DNA of 64,000 nt from Synechococcus sp. (GTDB lineage: Bacteria; Cyanobacteriota; Cyanobacteriia; PCC-6307; Cyanobiaceae). How positions within the stretch are numbered: position 1 is the stretch's first letter; each line of letters opens with the position of its first letter. The stretch spans positions 608,001 to 672,000 of the forward strand of contig JBJBCN010000002.1 of the NCBI GenBank assembly GCA_047285805.1, given 5' to 3'. The notes beneath the pieces were generated by a model that worked only from the letters and a program-made list of their open reading frames with translations, searched no databases and was not told where the DNA came from. A program made the position numbers and the translations under genes. Of the stretch, positions 54,301-64,000 are shown piece by piece.

Positions 54301-55056
54301 GAAGCAGCCAGGCGTGATGGCCACGCTTGGCGGGTTTATGGCTCAGCACCGGGTGCCTATGGCGCCGGTCTTCAAGGGCTGATTGACAGTGGTGAGTGGG
54401 AGAACCGGGATGACCTGGCCGAGGCCTACTTGAACTGGGGCAGCTGGCGCTACGAGGGGGATGGAGCAGGTGCCTTGCGCATCGCGGCGGATCGGCTTGG
54501 GTTCGAGCAGCGGCTTGGTTCAGTCCAGGTGGTGCTTCAAAACCAGGACAACCGAGAGCACGATCTGCTGGATTCCGATGACTACTACCAGTTCCAAGGC
54601 GGTCTCAGTGCAGCGGTGGAGTCCGTGCGCGGAGTTGCTCCGGCCGTCTGGTTTGCTGACCACTCCCGTAACCAACGTCCGCGGGTTCACCGCGTCGAGA
54701 AGGAATTCGACAAGGTGCTGCGCTCTCGCGTGCTCAACCCCCGCTGGATCGAGGGGATGCAACAACACGGCTACAAGGGTGGCTTCGAAATGGCCGCCAG
54801 CCTCGACTACCTGTTTGCCTACGACGCCAGTACGGGTCGGGTGCCCGATTGGAGTTACGGCTCAATCGCTCAGCAGTGGCTGGAGTCCAATGAGGTTCTG
54901 GACTTCCTCAAAACGCACAATCCCTGGGCTCTGCGGGACATGGCGGAGCGGCTGCTGGAGGCCCATAACCGTGGTCTCTGGAGCGGAGCACAAAAAAACC
55001 AGCTCGCGCATCTGCGGGAGCTGGTCCTGGACGCTGAAGCGTTGATCGAGGGTTAG
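51367..55056 (+). CDS. cobN: Cobaltochelatase subunit CobN
   Basis: MHRLAA start, HVGKHGNLEWLPGK, LPTGRNFYS, DSDDYYQFQGG. Confidence 0.96.
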   Translation: MHRLAAVPGSHSPDDGVIYVEQPGADLVVLSSADTDLATLAATLDRESFPAGQGRQLQGLNLASLQHPAVLDHYIRTSLSGTQLVLIRLLGGRGHWSYGLEQFRLWAEAASDRHLLVMAGTADEDEALASLSNVPAALAVACSQCLREGGTDNLLAVLKSLGSFLDHGGVSLPAAQAVEDPKAYDWRGESGPRVGVILYRALLQSGDLTLAEALLSGLRAQGLAPRALWVSSLRDTAVQRGVLDLLQREQVDAVLCTTSFASVQSAEAGLGAPLWEELGAPVFQVLCSTQSAAAWQASPVGLASLDLTLQIAMPELDGRITTRVGAFKELEQADERLATGLHRYVPAKERLAWVSELIWRWCDLRATPPEERRLALVLANYPTRNARLANGVGLDTPASVRSMLAWLQDAGYSLGAEIPGDGDALIAGLLAGRTNDPESSHLKAADHLQLQTYLEWYAALPSAARQSLEAQWGEPQQDPSLERDGFPIHGLRLGNVVVMIQPSRGYERDPSLSYHSPDLAPTHHYLAHYLWLAQAARVQVVCHVGKHGNLEWLPGKGLGLSGSCFPELALGPMPHLYPFIVNDPGEGSQAKRRAQAVILDHLTPPLGRAGLHGDLREIEALIDEYWEAVQLGSARSEGLRAEILQQLSASELEGVLASGEGDDPLDAADGYLCELKEAQIRTGLHRFGSLPAPDARAELLACLARPPQQNGLGLTQALARDAQLRLDPWADPEEHTLEAADQDRLIALGLEQPRRCGDAVEWLEEQALDLCQALLAGATAFPAIGRHTEAVIQRLQQELVPNLLHCGVAEQSAFMRGVAGQRIAAGPSGAPTRGRPDLLPTGRNFYSVDLRGLPTEAAWDLGRRSAELLAEQHLMEEGEPLRHLGLSVWGTSTMRNGGEDIAQALALMGVRPIWDGPSRRLVDIELIPLSTLGRPRVDVTLRISGLFRDAFPQLVGWVNQATALVAAVEEDKDANPLAEAARRDGHAWRVYGSAPGAYGAGLQGLIDSGEWENRDDLAEAYLNWGSWRYEGDGAGALRIAADRLGFEQRLGSVQVVLQNQDNREHDLLDSDDYYQFQGGLSAAVESVRGVAPAVWFADHSRNQRPRVHRVEKEFDKVLRSRVLNPRWIEGMQQHGYKGGFEMAASLDYLFAYDASTGRVPDWSYGSIAQQWLESNEVLDFLKTHNPWALRDMAERLLEAHNRGLWSGAQKNQLAHLRELVLDAEALIEG

Positions 55057-55583
55057 AGATCCTTGACCCAGCCCTTGAAAGCTCCGATGTCACCAGGTTT
55101 CGACTGGACTGTAGAGGTGGGTTGGGGCTGCTGAGCAGCAGCTTCAGCTATCTGCTTCTGCTCTGCCTTGATTGCTGCAGGGCCGCCTGGGACATTTACG
55201 CCGACAGATGAGCCCTTCTTTCGTTCATCCAACTCGCTCTTGCTCATCGGTTCGCAGAAGGTCTTTTTGACGGGCTTGGGAATGCCAGACGTCAAATCGA
55301 CCTCTTCGACCTTCTGGGTCTGACCGCCAAGGCCAGGTGTGGCCATAGTCCGGCTTGAGGTCATAGAGGCAACCTCATCAACCATCTCCTTGTCACCAGG
55401 GCTGTCTACTGTCCCAGGGAACGTGTGACGAATGGTGTTGGAGCGGCGCATAAAGTCCACGTTCCCCATGCTGCTCGAGGCGTCTGCATCGAGGAAGAAC
55501 GCCTCTTCTTTTTTCTCAGGTTCCCGCTTGGCCACGGGAGCCTGAGCGTTGTCACTGCCAAGCAGACGATCAAACAGGCCCAT
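55053..55583 (-). CDS. Conserved hypothetical protein
   Basis: FFLDADASSSMGNVDFMR motif; co-oriented with the neighbouring genes. Confidence 0.75.
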   Translation of the reverse strand: MGLFDRLLGSDNAQAPVAKREPEKKEEAFFLDADASSSMGNVDFMRRSNTIRHTFPGTVDSPGDKEMVDEVASMTSSRTMATPGLGGQTQKVEEVDLTSGIPKPVKKTFCEPMSKSELDERKKGSSVGVNVPGGPAAIKAEQKQIAEAAAQQPQPTSTVQSKPGDIGAFKGWVKDL

Positions 55584-55610
55584 CGCAAAATTTCACGATC
55601 TCAGTAGACC

Positions 55611-56267
55611 CTAGCGGCCGCAAAGCTCGAAGCCATGGGTATCGGTGCCGCAACTTTGCAGAAGTGCGTGTTTTTCAAGCAAGCCGGTGATGGAATCACA
55701 AACCAGGGGTGTCGGGCGCCACTGCGCATGCATCTCGTAGTCATAGAAGGCTTCTGCTCCATCGAAGCCCAACGCCGCCGCCGCAGGGATCAGCCGTTGA
55801 AAGGGCAAGCGATAACGAGCGGGGTGGGCCAGTAGCGCCAACCCTCCAGCGGCATGGATTCTGCGGCGGGCCTCAGCAGCACTAAGGGCTTCCCCCACCG
55901 CGGCTTGCCCTTGGCGGTATGGATCAAGGGCGGTGTGGTCCAACTCAAAGCCGAGAGCGAGCACATGCACCAAACAGCCCTCCAGCAAACAGCTGATCTC
56001 CATCCCGGTCCAGAGCTGAGGAGGTGAGGCCCCCGCTTCGGATTGCTGCTCGAACCAACGTTGGATTGGCCAGTACGCCGCTGTGCTGTGGTGATCAGTC
56101 ACCGCCAAATGGTCGAGGCCGATTGCAAGGGCCTGTTCAGCCAAAGCTTCTGGACGAAGACTCCCATCACTGCTGGTGGTGTGGCAGTGGAAGTTGAGCC
56201 GTCCCGGGCAGCAGGCGGCGGTGACGGTCTTTAGAACCGCAACCAGTGGATGTTCTCTGTTCGTCAT
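55611..56267 (-). CDS. PHP domain metal-dependent phosphoesterase
   Basis: FHCHTTSSDG, VTDHH, LAHP, GTDTHG. Confidence 0.92.
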   Translation of the reverse strand: MTNREHPLVAVLKTVTAACCPGRLNFHCHTTSSDGSLRPEALAEQALAIGLDHLAVTDHHSTAAYWPIQRWFEQQSEAGASPPQLWTGMEISCLLEGCLVHVLALGFELDHTALDPYRQGQAAVGEALSAAEARRRIHAAGGLALLAHPARYRLPFQRLIPAAAALGFDGAEAFYDYEMHAQWRPTPLVCDSITGLLEKHALLQSCGTDTHGFELCGR

Positions 56268-56275
56268 GGACGGAC

Positions 56276-56863
56276 CTAGACAGCTGCCGCTTCCTTTTCG
56301 ACCCGTAAGCGCCTCCAGCGCGCGTAGAACTGAATCGACGCAGCCATAAAGACCACAAGCGCCACGATGAACCAGGTTGCGGCTCCAGTTGGGAACTGGT
56401 TTTTGAAGACCACTAGCATCACGACGATCACCAGCAGCAGGGTCGGCAGCTCATTGAGGGCCCGCAGTTGTTTTGGACTCCAGCCGCAGGTCCCCTGCTG
56501 CAGCTGGCCCATCAGGCGATAACAGAAAAAGTGATAGGCCAACAGGGCCAGCACGAAGGCCAGCTTGGCGTGCATCCAAACCTGCTGAAGCCAGGCCGGA
56601 TTGGTGATCAAGAGGCCAATGGCCATGGAGACCGCCACCACCATGCCCGGTGTCGTGATGATGTTGGCAAGCCGCTTCTCCATCAGGCCGTACTGCGCTT
56701 GGAAGGCGTCCTTGAGGGTTGGCTCCAGATCTTCGGCTTCCCGGTGATAGATGAAGAGCCGAACCAGATAAAACAGGCCAGCGAACCAAACAACCACTCC
56801 AACGATATGCAGGGTCTTGAACCAGAGGTAGGCCTCAGGGGGAAGGGCCGCCAGGGTGATCAC
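56276..56863 (-). CDS. hemJ: Protoporphyrinogen oxidase HemJ
   Basis: WFKTLHIVGVVVWFAGLFYLVRLFIYH, RALNELPT. Confidence 0.95.
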   Translation of the reverse strand: MITLAALPPEAYLWFKTLHIVGVVVWFAGLFYLVRLFIYHREAEDLEPTLKDAFQAQYGLMEKRLANIITTPGMVVAVSMAIGLLITNPAWLQQVWMHAKLAFVLALLAYHFFCYRLMGQLQQGTCGWSPKQLRALNELPTLLLVIVVMLVVFKNQFPTGAATWFIVALVVFMAASIQFYARWRRLRVEKEAAAV

Positions 56864-56889
56864 AGGCCGAAGCCGAACTTGGCAACAAG

Positions 56890-58413
56890 TTAGTTGGCTT
56901 CAGCAGCCGCCAACGCCCGATGGTTCGCAGCCGTGTTGCGAATCGCAGCCAGCTCCTCCTCAGGCAGCTTGCTCAGCTGCTTCATCACCAGGCCCATGCG
57001 GTGATTTCGCTTGAGCTCGGGCTCGTGACGGGCCAGAAAGTCCCAATAGAGGCTGTTGAAGGGGCAGGCCTTCGGGCCCGTGCGTTGTTTAACGTCATAG
57101 GAGCAACCCTTGCAGTAGTTGCTCATCCGTTTGATGTAGCTCCCGCTGGCGGCATAGGGCTTGCTGGCCAGGCGCCCCCCATCCGCGAAGACCCCCATTC
57201 CCAGGACGTTGGTGAGCATCACCCAGTCGTAGCCGTCGATAAACATCCGGTGGAACCAGGCCGTCAGGGCCTGTGGATCAAGCCCCGCCAACAGGCCGTA
57301 GTTCGCCAGCAACATCAAGCGTTGGATGTGATGGGCGTAGCCGCTCGCTTTGATTTCGCCAAAGACCGTGTCCAGGCAGCGCATGCCACTGCCCCCTAAC
57401 GCCTCAAACCAACTGGGTAATGGTGCACTGGCCTCGAAGTGGTTGACCAAGGCGTAGTCCTCACCAAACCAGTGGTAGAGGCCGTGGGTGTATTCCCGCC
57501 AACCCAGGATTTGGCGAATCACGCCCTCGAGGCCGGCCAAGGGCACCTGATGGGCCAGCCCCTCCGCTTCGAGGCGCTGGATCACCTCCAGAGGATGGAG
57601 CAGGCCCAGATTCAGGTACGGAGACAACAGGGCATGCCAGAGGGTTGGTTCACCACTGACCATGGCGTCCTGGAACGGTCCAAACCCAGGCAACCGCGTC
57701 GCGATGAAGTGATCCAGCACCGCCAAGGCCTGCTGCCGAGTCACCGCCCAGCGAAACGGTTCCGGGTTGCCGGGCAAGCCGTAGCGCTCCTGAAGCGCGG
57801 TGACCTTCTCGATCACGGCCGCAGTGGTCCCGTCGGGCTCAAACCAAAGAGGCTCCGGACCGGAGAGTCCTTTTGAGGGCGACTTGCGGTTCTCCTGGTC
57901 GTAATTCCATTGGCCACCAAGGGGCTTGCCGTTTTCATCCAGGAGTACACCAAACCGCTTGCGCCCTTCCCGATAAAAGAGCTCCATGCGCAGCAGCTTG
58001 TACGACGTCGCCCAGTCGGCAAAGGCCTCACGGCTCCAGAGGAACGCATTGTTCGCGATCCATCGGACCGGAAGCGGCAAAGGCAGCCGCTCGATCGCAC
58101 CGCGGAAGCCACGATCCACGGTCTCCATCACGTGCAGTTCCAGGATGCCGTGTTGCTCGATCCACTCCCCTAAGGCAGTGCTGAAGCGGTCGGTTTGCAG
58201 GTAATCCACCGTCCAGCCCTGGGCACGGAGATCAGCGGCGAAGTGCCGCATTGCACTCCACACCAGCACGAGCTTTTGCGCGTGATAAGCACGCCGCTCC
58301 AGAACGGAGCGGCTCTCCAGAAGCAAGACGCGAGCTGTGGTGGGGTCTGCGCCGGCCAAAGCCGCCTGCTGGAGATTGAGTTGATCCCCGAGAACCCAGA
58401 TGCCGATGGTCAT
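56890..58413 (-). CDS. Cryptochrome/photolyase family protein (FeS-BCP / PhrB-like)
   Basis: VLGDQL, HAQKLVL..SAMRHFA, YAHHIQRLM, YCKGC...ACPF. Confidence 0.92.
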   Translation of the reverse strand: MTIGIWVLGDQLNLQQAALAGADPTTARVLLLESRSVLERRAYHAQKLVLVWSAMRHFAADLRAQGWTVDYLQTDRFSTALGEWIEQHGILELHVMETVDRGFRGAIERLPLPLPVRWIANNAFLWSREAFADWATSYKLLRMELFYREGRKRFGVLLDENGKPLGGQWNYDQENRKSPSKGLSGPEPLWFEPDGTTAAVIEKVTALQERYGLPGNPEPFRWAVTRQQALAVLDHFIATRLPGFGPFQDAMVSGEPTLWHALLSPYLNLGLLHPLEVIQRLEAEGLAHQVPLAGLEGVIRQILGWREYTHGLYHWFGEDYALVNHFEASAPLPSWFEALGGSGMRCLDTVFGEIKASGYAHHIQRLMLLANYGLLAGLDPQALTAWFHRMFIDGYDWVMLTNVLGMGVFADGGRLASKPYAASGSYIKRMSNYCKGCSYDVKQRTGPKACPFNSLYWDFLARHEPELKRNHRMGLVMKQLSKLPEEELAAIRNTAANHRALAAAEAN

Positions 58414-58706
58414 GCCGGCTCACCGGCCAGGCGGCAGGCCTTGCTGGCCACGGCCCGGGCATAACCACGTTCCACCAAACCAGCAGCCGGCGAGAGCTGG
58501 CCATTGCGGCAATCGATCACGACGCGTTCGCGATGGCCCCGTTGGTCACTGATCCGCATCCGCAGCTGGAAGTGATGCTTGGCACTCCGGCTGATTTCAT
58601 CGGCGCAAATGGGCCCAATGCAGAGGCCAGGAGCCGCCAAAGCCCCCGCGGGAAGGGCGAGCAGCAGGACGCTGATCGAAGCCAAGATCCAGCACAGCGG
58701 CTTCAA
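58410..58706 (-). CDS. Small secreted hypothetical protein
   Basis: Signal peptide and four Cys; overlaps both neighbours by 4 nt. Confidence 0.75.
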   Translation of the reverse strand: MKPLCWILASISVLLLALPAGALAAPGLCIGPICADEISRSAKHHFQLRMRISDQRGHRERVVIDCRNGQLSPAAGLVERGYARAVASKACRLAGEPA

Positions 58707-60739
58707 CCAGCAAGCTCCAAAGGCAGTTCATTCTCGGACTCCATCTCGTCCGACTGCGGAACATCGGCAGCGCCGGGATGGAAGTGATCCCAAATGACCT
58801 TCGCTAAGCCAGGCCCCATGCCCGGCGCGGCCGCGAGGGCCTCCGGGCTCGCCAGTTGGATGGCATCAATCGAGCGGAAATGGGCCAGGAGTTCCTTGAT
58901 CCGCTTGGGACCGAGGCCTGGGATGTCCGACAAGCGTGAGCGTTTCATCCGCTCACCCCGCTGCTGACGGTGGAAGCTCACTGCGAACCGATGAGCCTCA
59001 TCGCGCAGACGGCGCAGGAGCTGAACCCCGAGCTGCTCGGGTTCACTGTCCAGGGGATCCTTAACTCCTGGGATAAAGACCTCCTCGCGCTGCTTCGCCA
59101 AGGAGCAAACCACGAGCTCCTCATCGAGATTGAGTTCGCGCAGGGCCTCCATCACAGCAGAGAGCTGTCCCTTGCCTCCGTCGATCATCACGACATCGGG
59201 CCAATCGTTCAGCCCGCCGGTGTGCAGCGCTGATCCGGCGGATCGGCGCAACTCCTTGAGCTCCGCACCCGCTGCTTTGGCCTGGGCCCAACGCCGGAAG
59301 CGTCGGCGCATGACTTCAGCCATAGCCATGAAGTCATCGGAGTGGCCGGCGCGGATCGAGCTGCTTTGGATCTTGTATTTGCGGTAGTGCTGCTTGGCGG
59401 GAAGGCCATCGATAAACACCACCTGAGACGCAACCGCGTCGCTGCCTTGGATGTGACTTATGTCGTAGCCCTCGATCCGCCTCGGAGGGGTGGTCAACTC
59501 GAGCAGTTGCGCCAGGTCCTCCGTGGCCAACAAGTTTTGTTCGCTTGCGCGGCGGGCCCGCTCCAGTTCGTAGTTGGCATTGCGTTCGACCAACTCAATT
59601 AAGTCTGCCTTTTGAGCCCGCTGGGGAACAGCAAGACGAACCCTGCGACCACGCAATTCCGAAAGCCAGTCCTCGATGAGCTGCTGCTGTGGCAAGGGCT
59701 CCTGAAGCAACAGCTCGGGGGGAATCTCGACCCCCTCTACCTGGCTGTAGTGCTCCTCGATCACCGTTTGCAGGATTCGCCCCACCGCAGTGCGGCGTTC
59801 GGGTGATGGGGGCAGGTCTCCGCCAGCGCCTTCCACTGCTGGGGGCATGCCAATGGCATCCGCCGTGAACCCGAGCCGACCCACCAGTTTTCCGGCACGC
59901 ATCTGGAAGAGCTGAACGGCCGCCACCCGATCATCCGCCGCCAACGCCAAGACGTCCCGGGACACCGAGCTGTCGCCGAGGCTCATTTTTTGGTCAGCCG
60001 TCAGGGTGTCGATGCCCTGAAGCTGGTCGCGAACGCGGGCCGCACTCTCGAAGTCGAGACGCTCGGCGTAGCGCTCCATCTGCTCGTGGAGCAGGGGCAG
60101 CAATTCCTCGTTGCGCCCCTGAAAGACCATCGCTACCTGCCGGAGCGTTTGGTGGTAGTCCTCCGAACTGATCTTTTCTTGGCAGACCCCCGGACAGCGG
60201 CCGATGTCGTAGTTCAGGCAGGTGCGATCGCGATGCAGAGGTTGGGGGCGCTGCCGCAGCGGGAAGACGCGTTTAACCAGGCCTAGGGTACGACGCAGGA
60301 GACCCACATCGACATAGGGACCGTAGAAGCGATCGAGCGGGGAGCGGAATCGCCGTCGCCGGGTGATGAAGATCCGCGGGTAGGCCTCACTCCAGGTGAT
60401 GCACAGATAGGGATATTTCTTGTCGTCCTTCAGCAGCACATTGAAGTGTGGCTGATGGTTCTTGATCAGGTTGGCCTCCAGAGCCAACGCCTCCGCCTCG
60501 CTGTCGGTGACGATGAACTCGATCTCGCAGACCTGGCGCACCATCAAGGCGATGCGTGGGGAATGTCCATGGCCGCTCCCGCTCTGGAAGTAGCTGCGGA
60601 CACGGTTGCGCAGCACCTTGGCCTTACCGATGTAGAGGATTCGATCCTCGGCATCGCGCATCAAGTAGCAGCCCGGCTCAGTGGGGACCTCCTTGAGGCG
60701 GGCCTTGAGCCGAGACGGGTCCTGTAGCAGTGCCTTCAA
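58703..60739 (-). CDS. uvrC: Excinuclease ABC subunit C
   Basis: GIY-YIG ([16 protein letters not shown]), [23 protein letters not shown], HhH. Confidence 0.97.
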   Translation of the reverse strand: MKALLQDPSRLKARLKEVPTEPGCYLMRDAEDRILYIGKAKVLRNRVRSYFQSGSGHGHSPRIALMVRQVCEIEFIVTDSEAEALALEANLIKNHQPHFNVLLKDDKKYPYLCITWSEAYPRIFITRRRRFRSPLDRFYGPYVDVGLLRRTLGLVKRVFPLRQRPQPLHRDRTCLNYDIGRCPGVCQEKISSEDYHQTLRQVAMVFQGRNEELLPLLHEQMERYAERLDFESAARVRDQLQGIDTLTADQKMSLGDSSVSRDVLALAADDRVAAVQLFQMRAGKLVGRLGFTADAIGMPPAVEGAGGDLPPSPERRTAVGRILQTVIEEHYSQVEGVEIPPELLLQEPLPQQQLIEDWLSELRGRRVRLAVPQRAQKADLIELVERNANYELERARRASEQNLLATEDLAQLLELTTPPRRIEGYDISHIQGSDAVASQVVFIDGLPAKQHYRKYKIQSSSIRAGHSDDFMAMAEVMRRRFRRWAQAKAAGAELKELRRSAGSALHTGGLNDWPDVVMIDGGKGQLSAVMEALRELNLDEELVVCSLAKQREEVFIPGVKDPLDSEPEQLGVQLLRRLRDEAHRFAVSFHRQQRGERMKRSRLSDIPGLGPKRIKELLAHFRSIDAIQLASPEALAAAPGMGPGLAKVIWDHFHPGAADVPQSDEMESENELPLELAG

Positions 60740-61218
60740 CCGCCGTACTGCCAGCCAGTGGTGCTGAGTTCGAGCGCGGCAGCATCGCGATGGAGAACAG
60801 CACTCTTCACCTCGCCCACAAAGACGGTGTGATCGCCGTGGGCCACCTGGCCGACCAGCTCACATTCGAGACCACCCAAGGCGTCGTTGAGGATCGGCAG
60901 TCCCAGTTCACCGAGGCTGAAGGGTGCGGCGTCAAAGCGGCCACCAACGCCTTTTTGAGGCTTGAAGAAGATCGCAGCCAGATCCTTCTGATCCGCCGCC
61001 AGGACATTCAACGAGAACCGCTTCGTGCGCTGAATCATCCCGTTGCTGGTGCTGTCGGCACGAACCGCCATGACCACAAGGGGTGGCTCGAACGAACCCT
61101 GGGTGACCCAGCTGGCGGTGAAGCCGTTGACCTCGTCACCTTCAGCGACGCCACAAATGAATAGCCCATGGGGAATCTTGCGCAGCAAGGTCTTCTTGGC
61201 GTCTGCGTTCAGTGCCAT
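60736..61218 (-). CDS. Flavin reductase family protein
   Basis: [23 protein letters not shown]. Confidence 0.9.
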   Translation of the reverse strand: MALNADAKKTLLRKIPHGLFICGVAEGDEVNGFTASWVTQGSFEPPLVVMAVRADSTSNGMIQRTKRFSLNVLAADQKDLAAIFFKPQKGVGGRFDAAPFSLGELGLPILNDALGGLECELVGQVAHGDHTVFVGEVKSAVLHRDAAALELSTTGWQYGG

Positions 61219-61303
61219 GGATCGGGGCCTTCAGAGCCCAAACTCTAGGAACGGCAGTCCCTTTGCGGGCCTATGGCGGAGAGTGCGTTTCTAGGATCAA
61301 GGG

Positions 61304-61780
61304 ATGAAAGCCCTGTATCCCGGCAGCTTTGATCCCCTCACCCTGGGGCATCTTGATGTGATCGAGCGGGGTGCCCATCTGTTTGACGGTCTCGTCGTGG
61401 CCGTCCTGCGGAATCCGAGCAAGAACCCCTGCTTCAGCGTGGAACAGCGGATTGAGCAGATCCGTGGCGCGACCGCCCACCTCGATCAGATCGAAGTCGC
61501 GGCGTTCGATGGTTTGACCGTGGAATTCGCCGAGCGCTGCGGCGCCGGCGTGATACTGCGGGGTCTCAGGGCTCTGAGTGATTTCGAGTACGAGTTGCAA
61601 ATCGCCCACACCAACAAAAGCCTCGCACCTGAACTGGAGACGCTGTTCCTGGCGACGGCAACGGCCCACAGCTTTCTCAGCAGTTCAGTCGTGAAGGAAG
61701 TGGCCCGTTTCGGCGGTCCGGTTGGTCACATGGTCCCCACAGGAGTAGCGGATGATCTACTGAGGCTCTTTAATCAGTAG
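61304..61780 (+). CDS. coaD: Pantetheine-phosphate adenylyltransferase
   Basis: [33 protein letters not shown]. Confidence 0.97.
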   Translation: MKALYPGSFDPLTLGHLDVIERGAHLFDGLVVAVLRNPSKNPCFSVEQRIEQIRGATAHLDQIEVAAFDGLTVEFAERCGAGVILRGLRALSDFEYELQIAHTNKSLAPELETLFLATATAHSFLSSSVVKEVARFGGPVGHMVPTGVADDLLRLFNQ

Positions 61781-61799
61781 TCCCTCTACGCACCCGCTG

Positions 61800-62738
61800 A
61801 TGTCCGAGACGCAGCTGACCTCCGTGCTCGACCAGCTGGATCAACTTGAGGAAGTCGTCCTGGACGGCACCCGCGTCCCCTTCAGCGGTGGACGTCTGGT
61901 CAACGAACAGGACGCCATCGAATTGATGGACGCCGTTCGGGATGCACTCCCCGCTCAGTTGGTCAAAGCCGACGATCTCGTGGCGAAGAAGGACGAGTTC
62001 ATCACCCAGGCCCGTCAAAAGGCTGACGAAATCGTTGCCCAGGCCAAGCAACAGCGCGATCAGCTGATCAATAGCCAGTCCATCCGCAGTGAGGCGGAAC
62101 GGCAAGTCGCTGAATTGCGAGAACAGGCCCGCCAGCAGTGTGAGCAGATGATTGCCCAAGCCCGCCAACAGGTCGCCAAGACCGAACAGGAGCACCAGTC
62201 CCGGCTGGCTCAACTGGAGCAGCAGTTCAGCCAGCGCCGGCAGCAGTTGGAGCAGGAGGGCCTGCAACGCCGCCAACAACTCGACCAGGAGGCCATCGAA
62301 CTCAAACGTCAGCTGAGTGAGCAGCACGAACAGGCCCGCAAGCAGAGCCTGACGGAACTGGAAAAAGTGCGCGTTGAGGCCCTGCGCCTCCAACAGAGCA
62401 GCCAAGCGGAAGCCGAACGCGTCCAGGGGGATGCCCTGCAGTTCCGTCAGCAGGCCCAGCAGCAATGTGAGGCGCTGATCGCCCGCAGCCGTCAGGAAGC
62501 CAGCTCCATTCAGGAGGGGGCGAATCGCTACGCCGAGCAGGTGTTGGGTGAGTTGGAGGATCGTCTCCGGGAGATGGGGCAGGTGGTCGTAGCCGGCAAG
62601 CGTGAGCTGGTCAAACTGCAAGGCGTGAATCCGTCCTCCCTGGTGCCACCCCCCGCTGCTGGTCAGCAGCAAGCCGTCCCGATTAACCGAGCCCGCCGCG
62701 CCGCCGATCGCATCCGCCGCGCCGCTGGAAACCGCTAG
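61800..62738 (+). CDS. DivIVA-like coiled-coil cell division protein (Cdv3-like)
   Basis: LDQLEEVVLDGTRVPFSG N-terminus, long Gln-rich coiled coil, located after coaD. Confidence 0.8.
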   Translation: MSETQLTSVLDQLDQLEEVVLDGTRVPFSGGRLVNEQDAIELMDAVRDALPAQLVKADDLVAKKDEFITQARQKADEIVAQAKQQRDQLINSQSIRSEAERQVAELREQARQQCEQMIAQARQQVAKTEQEHQSRLAQLEQQFSQRRQQLEQEGLQRRQQLDQEAIELKRQLSEQHEQARKQSLTELEKVRVEALRLQQSSQAEAERVQGDALQFRQQAQQQCEALIARSRQEASSIQEGANRYAEQVLGELEDRLREMGQVVVAGKRELVKLQGVNPSSLVPPPAAGQQQAVPINRARRAADRIRRAAGNR

Positions 62739-63994
62739 GGGCATGCCCCCCGGAGGGTTTGGCGCAGCAGTTGTCCGATCGCGCTGTTCGGGGCCTCTGA
62801 GCCATTGGAAATCATGCTGATGTAGCGGGGACCCTCACTGCTGTTCAGCAGTCCAGTGACCGACCGCACCCCTCGGATCGTGCCCGTCTTGCCAAAGAAC
62901 TGGCCCTGAAGTTCGGTGTCATACCAATAGTTCCGAAGGGTCCCCCGCTCCCCCGCGATCGCCATCGAGGCGAAGTAGTGATCCGCCATCGGATGGTGTG
63001 CCATTCGCAACATCAAGGCGACCAAGTGACGACTGGTCATGCGATTGCCACGATCGAGACCACTGCCATCGACGACCTTGACCCCCGTCATCGGTAGGCC
63101 CTGGGCCGCGAGCCATCGCTGCGTTCGCCCCTGACTGGTGCCCTGGTCCCAACTGCCTGTGGCCTGGCGCAGGAGCACCTCAGCGGTGAAGTTGTGGCTC
63201 TCGGTGTTGGCCAGGCTGAGCAGGCCGTGCATACCAATGGAGCGCTCTTCATGGAGCAGCACCGCGTTGGCCTCTGGCTTCCCCATGCCCACGGTGGTAA
63301 TGACGGCCTGCCCCCCCTGGCGCTTTATCTCCGCGGCCAAGAGTTGCTGGAGCCGGCTGGGGGGATCAATCACGGCCATGGCCTTAGCGTTGCTGGTCAC
63401 CGCCAGGCGGGTGATCGGTGCGCCATAGGCCTCGACCCGGTCTTCACCGGGCCACCCAGTGGGCCACCACCGCTGGGGCACCTCCTCTTGGAGCTGGATC
63501 CGGACCAAGGCTGGGACGGGTGAGCTGCTGCCGCCTTGGCCCATCGCCAATTTGGCGAAGCGCTGCAGTTGAGCCGTGTTGAAATCCGGGTCCCCCTCTC
63601 CAGTGAGCAAGAGAATTCCATCGGGCTTGCGCCAGAGCCGCGTGGTCAGGCTGTAGTCCGGGCCCAGTTGATCCAGGGCGATCGCCGTCGCCACGAGTTT
63701 CTGGTTGGACGCGGGAATTCGGGGCGTGAGGCCGTTGAGATCCGCCAAGAGACGGCCGGACCCATCGGCCACGCTCACGCTCCAGACGTTGGACTCTGCC
63801 CCGAGCACATGGCGCAACCGGGACTGTAAGGAAGGGCAACTGAGCTGGGTTTGCAGCTGGGGGAGTCCGAGCGGCGGCGGGGCAGGCGGGAGGGAAATGG
63901 CCCTGCCGGTGTTCGGCGGTGCGGCCTGGAGAGCGACACAGGGAACCAGCGCCAGACCAAGCCCAAGGCTGATGCCGACGCGGAGCCCTGCCAT
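62735..63994 (-). CDS. dacB: D-alanyl-D-alanine carboxypeptidase/endopeptidase (PBP4, S13)
   Basis: PASNQK (SxxK), SHN, DGSGL, KTGT. Confidence 0.92.
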   Translation of the reverse strand: MAGLRVGISLGLGLALVPCVALQAAPPNTGRAISLPPAPPPLGLPQLQTQLSCPSLQSRLRHVLGAESNVWSVSVADGSGRLLADLNGLTPRIPASNQKLVATAIALDQLGPDYSLTTRLWRKPDGILLLTGEGDPDFNTAQLQRFAKLAMGQGGSSSPVPALVRIQLQEEVPQRWWPTGWPGEDRVEAYGAPITRLAVTSNAKAMAVIDPPSRLQQLLAAEIKRQGGQAVITTVGMGKPEANAVLLHEERSIGMHGLLSLANTESHNFTAEVLLRQATGSWDQGTSQGRTQRWLAAQGLPMTGVKVVDGSGLDRGNRMTSRHLVALMLRMAHHPMADHYFASMAIAGERGTLRNYWYDTELQGQFFGKTGTIRGVRSVTGLLNSSEGPRYISMISNGSEAPNSAIGQLLRQTLRGACP

Positions 63995-64000
63995 GGTCAG

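Noticed and set aside
61980..62520. Repetitive CAG-rich DNA
   Set aside because: Explained by the Gln-rich coiled coil of the DivIVA-like protein
1..64000. HIP1 octamer (GCGATCGC) enrichment
   Set aside because: Only a handful of copies seen, near chance for this GC content
1..64000. Long antisense or alternative-frame ORFs (e.g. 1858-2847, 5912-6886, 7366-8457, 31624-32775, 61770-62744)
   Set aside because: Shadows of well-supported genes, expected with high GC and biased codon usage
1..64000. CRISPR arrays, IS elements, integrases, prophage or defence genes
   Set aside because: No regularly spaced repeats, terminal inverted repeats or such protein motifs were seen

Overview
Core-genome window of a picocyanobacterium (Synechococcus/Cyanobium-like, inferred from apcD, psb32, pxcA, glpX, hemJ and cdv3 plus high GC). 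It holds about 60 mostly housekeeping genes for carbon metabolism, tetrapyrrole/B12 synthesis, purine synthesis, translation and DNA repair. It also has one tRNA (CAT anticodon), a cobalamin riboswitch heading hupE-cobW, and several intrinsic terminators. I found no CRISPR array, transposase, integrase or prophage gene, and no clearly new multi-gene system. The main signals not shown by the ORF track are: (1) six accessory genes broken by frameshifts or stops (gpsA, a SigF-type sigma factor remnant, an S66 LD-carboxypeptidase and three hypothetical genes) while the core genes are intact; (2) an unlisted 59-aa HicB-like ORF; (3) an RNase II frame that stays open right up to the rpsR stop codon; (4) an unexplained ~600-bp lower-GC segment after apcD. 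Product calls rest on motif recognition by eye, not database searches.
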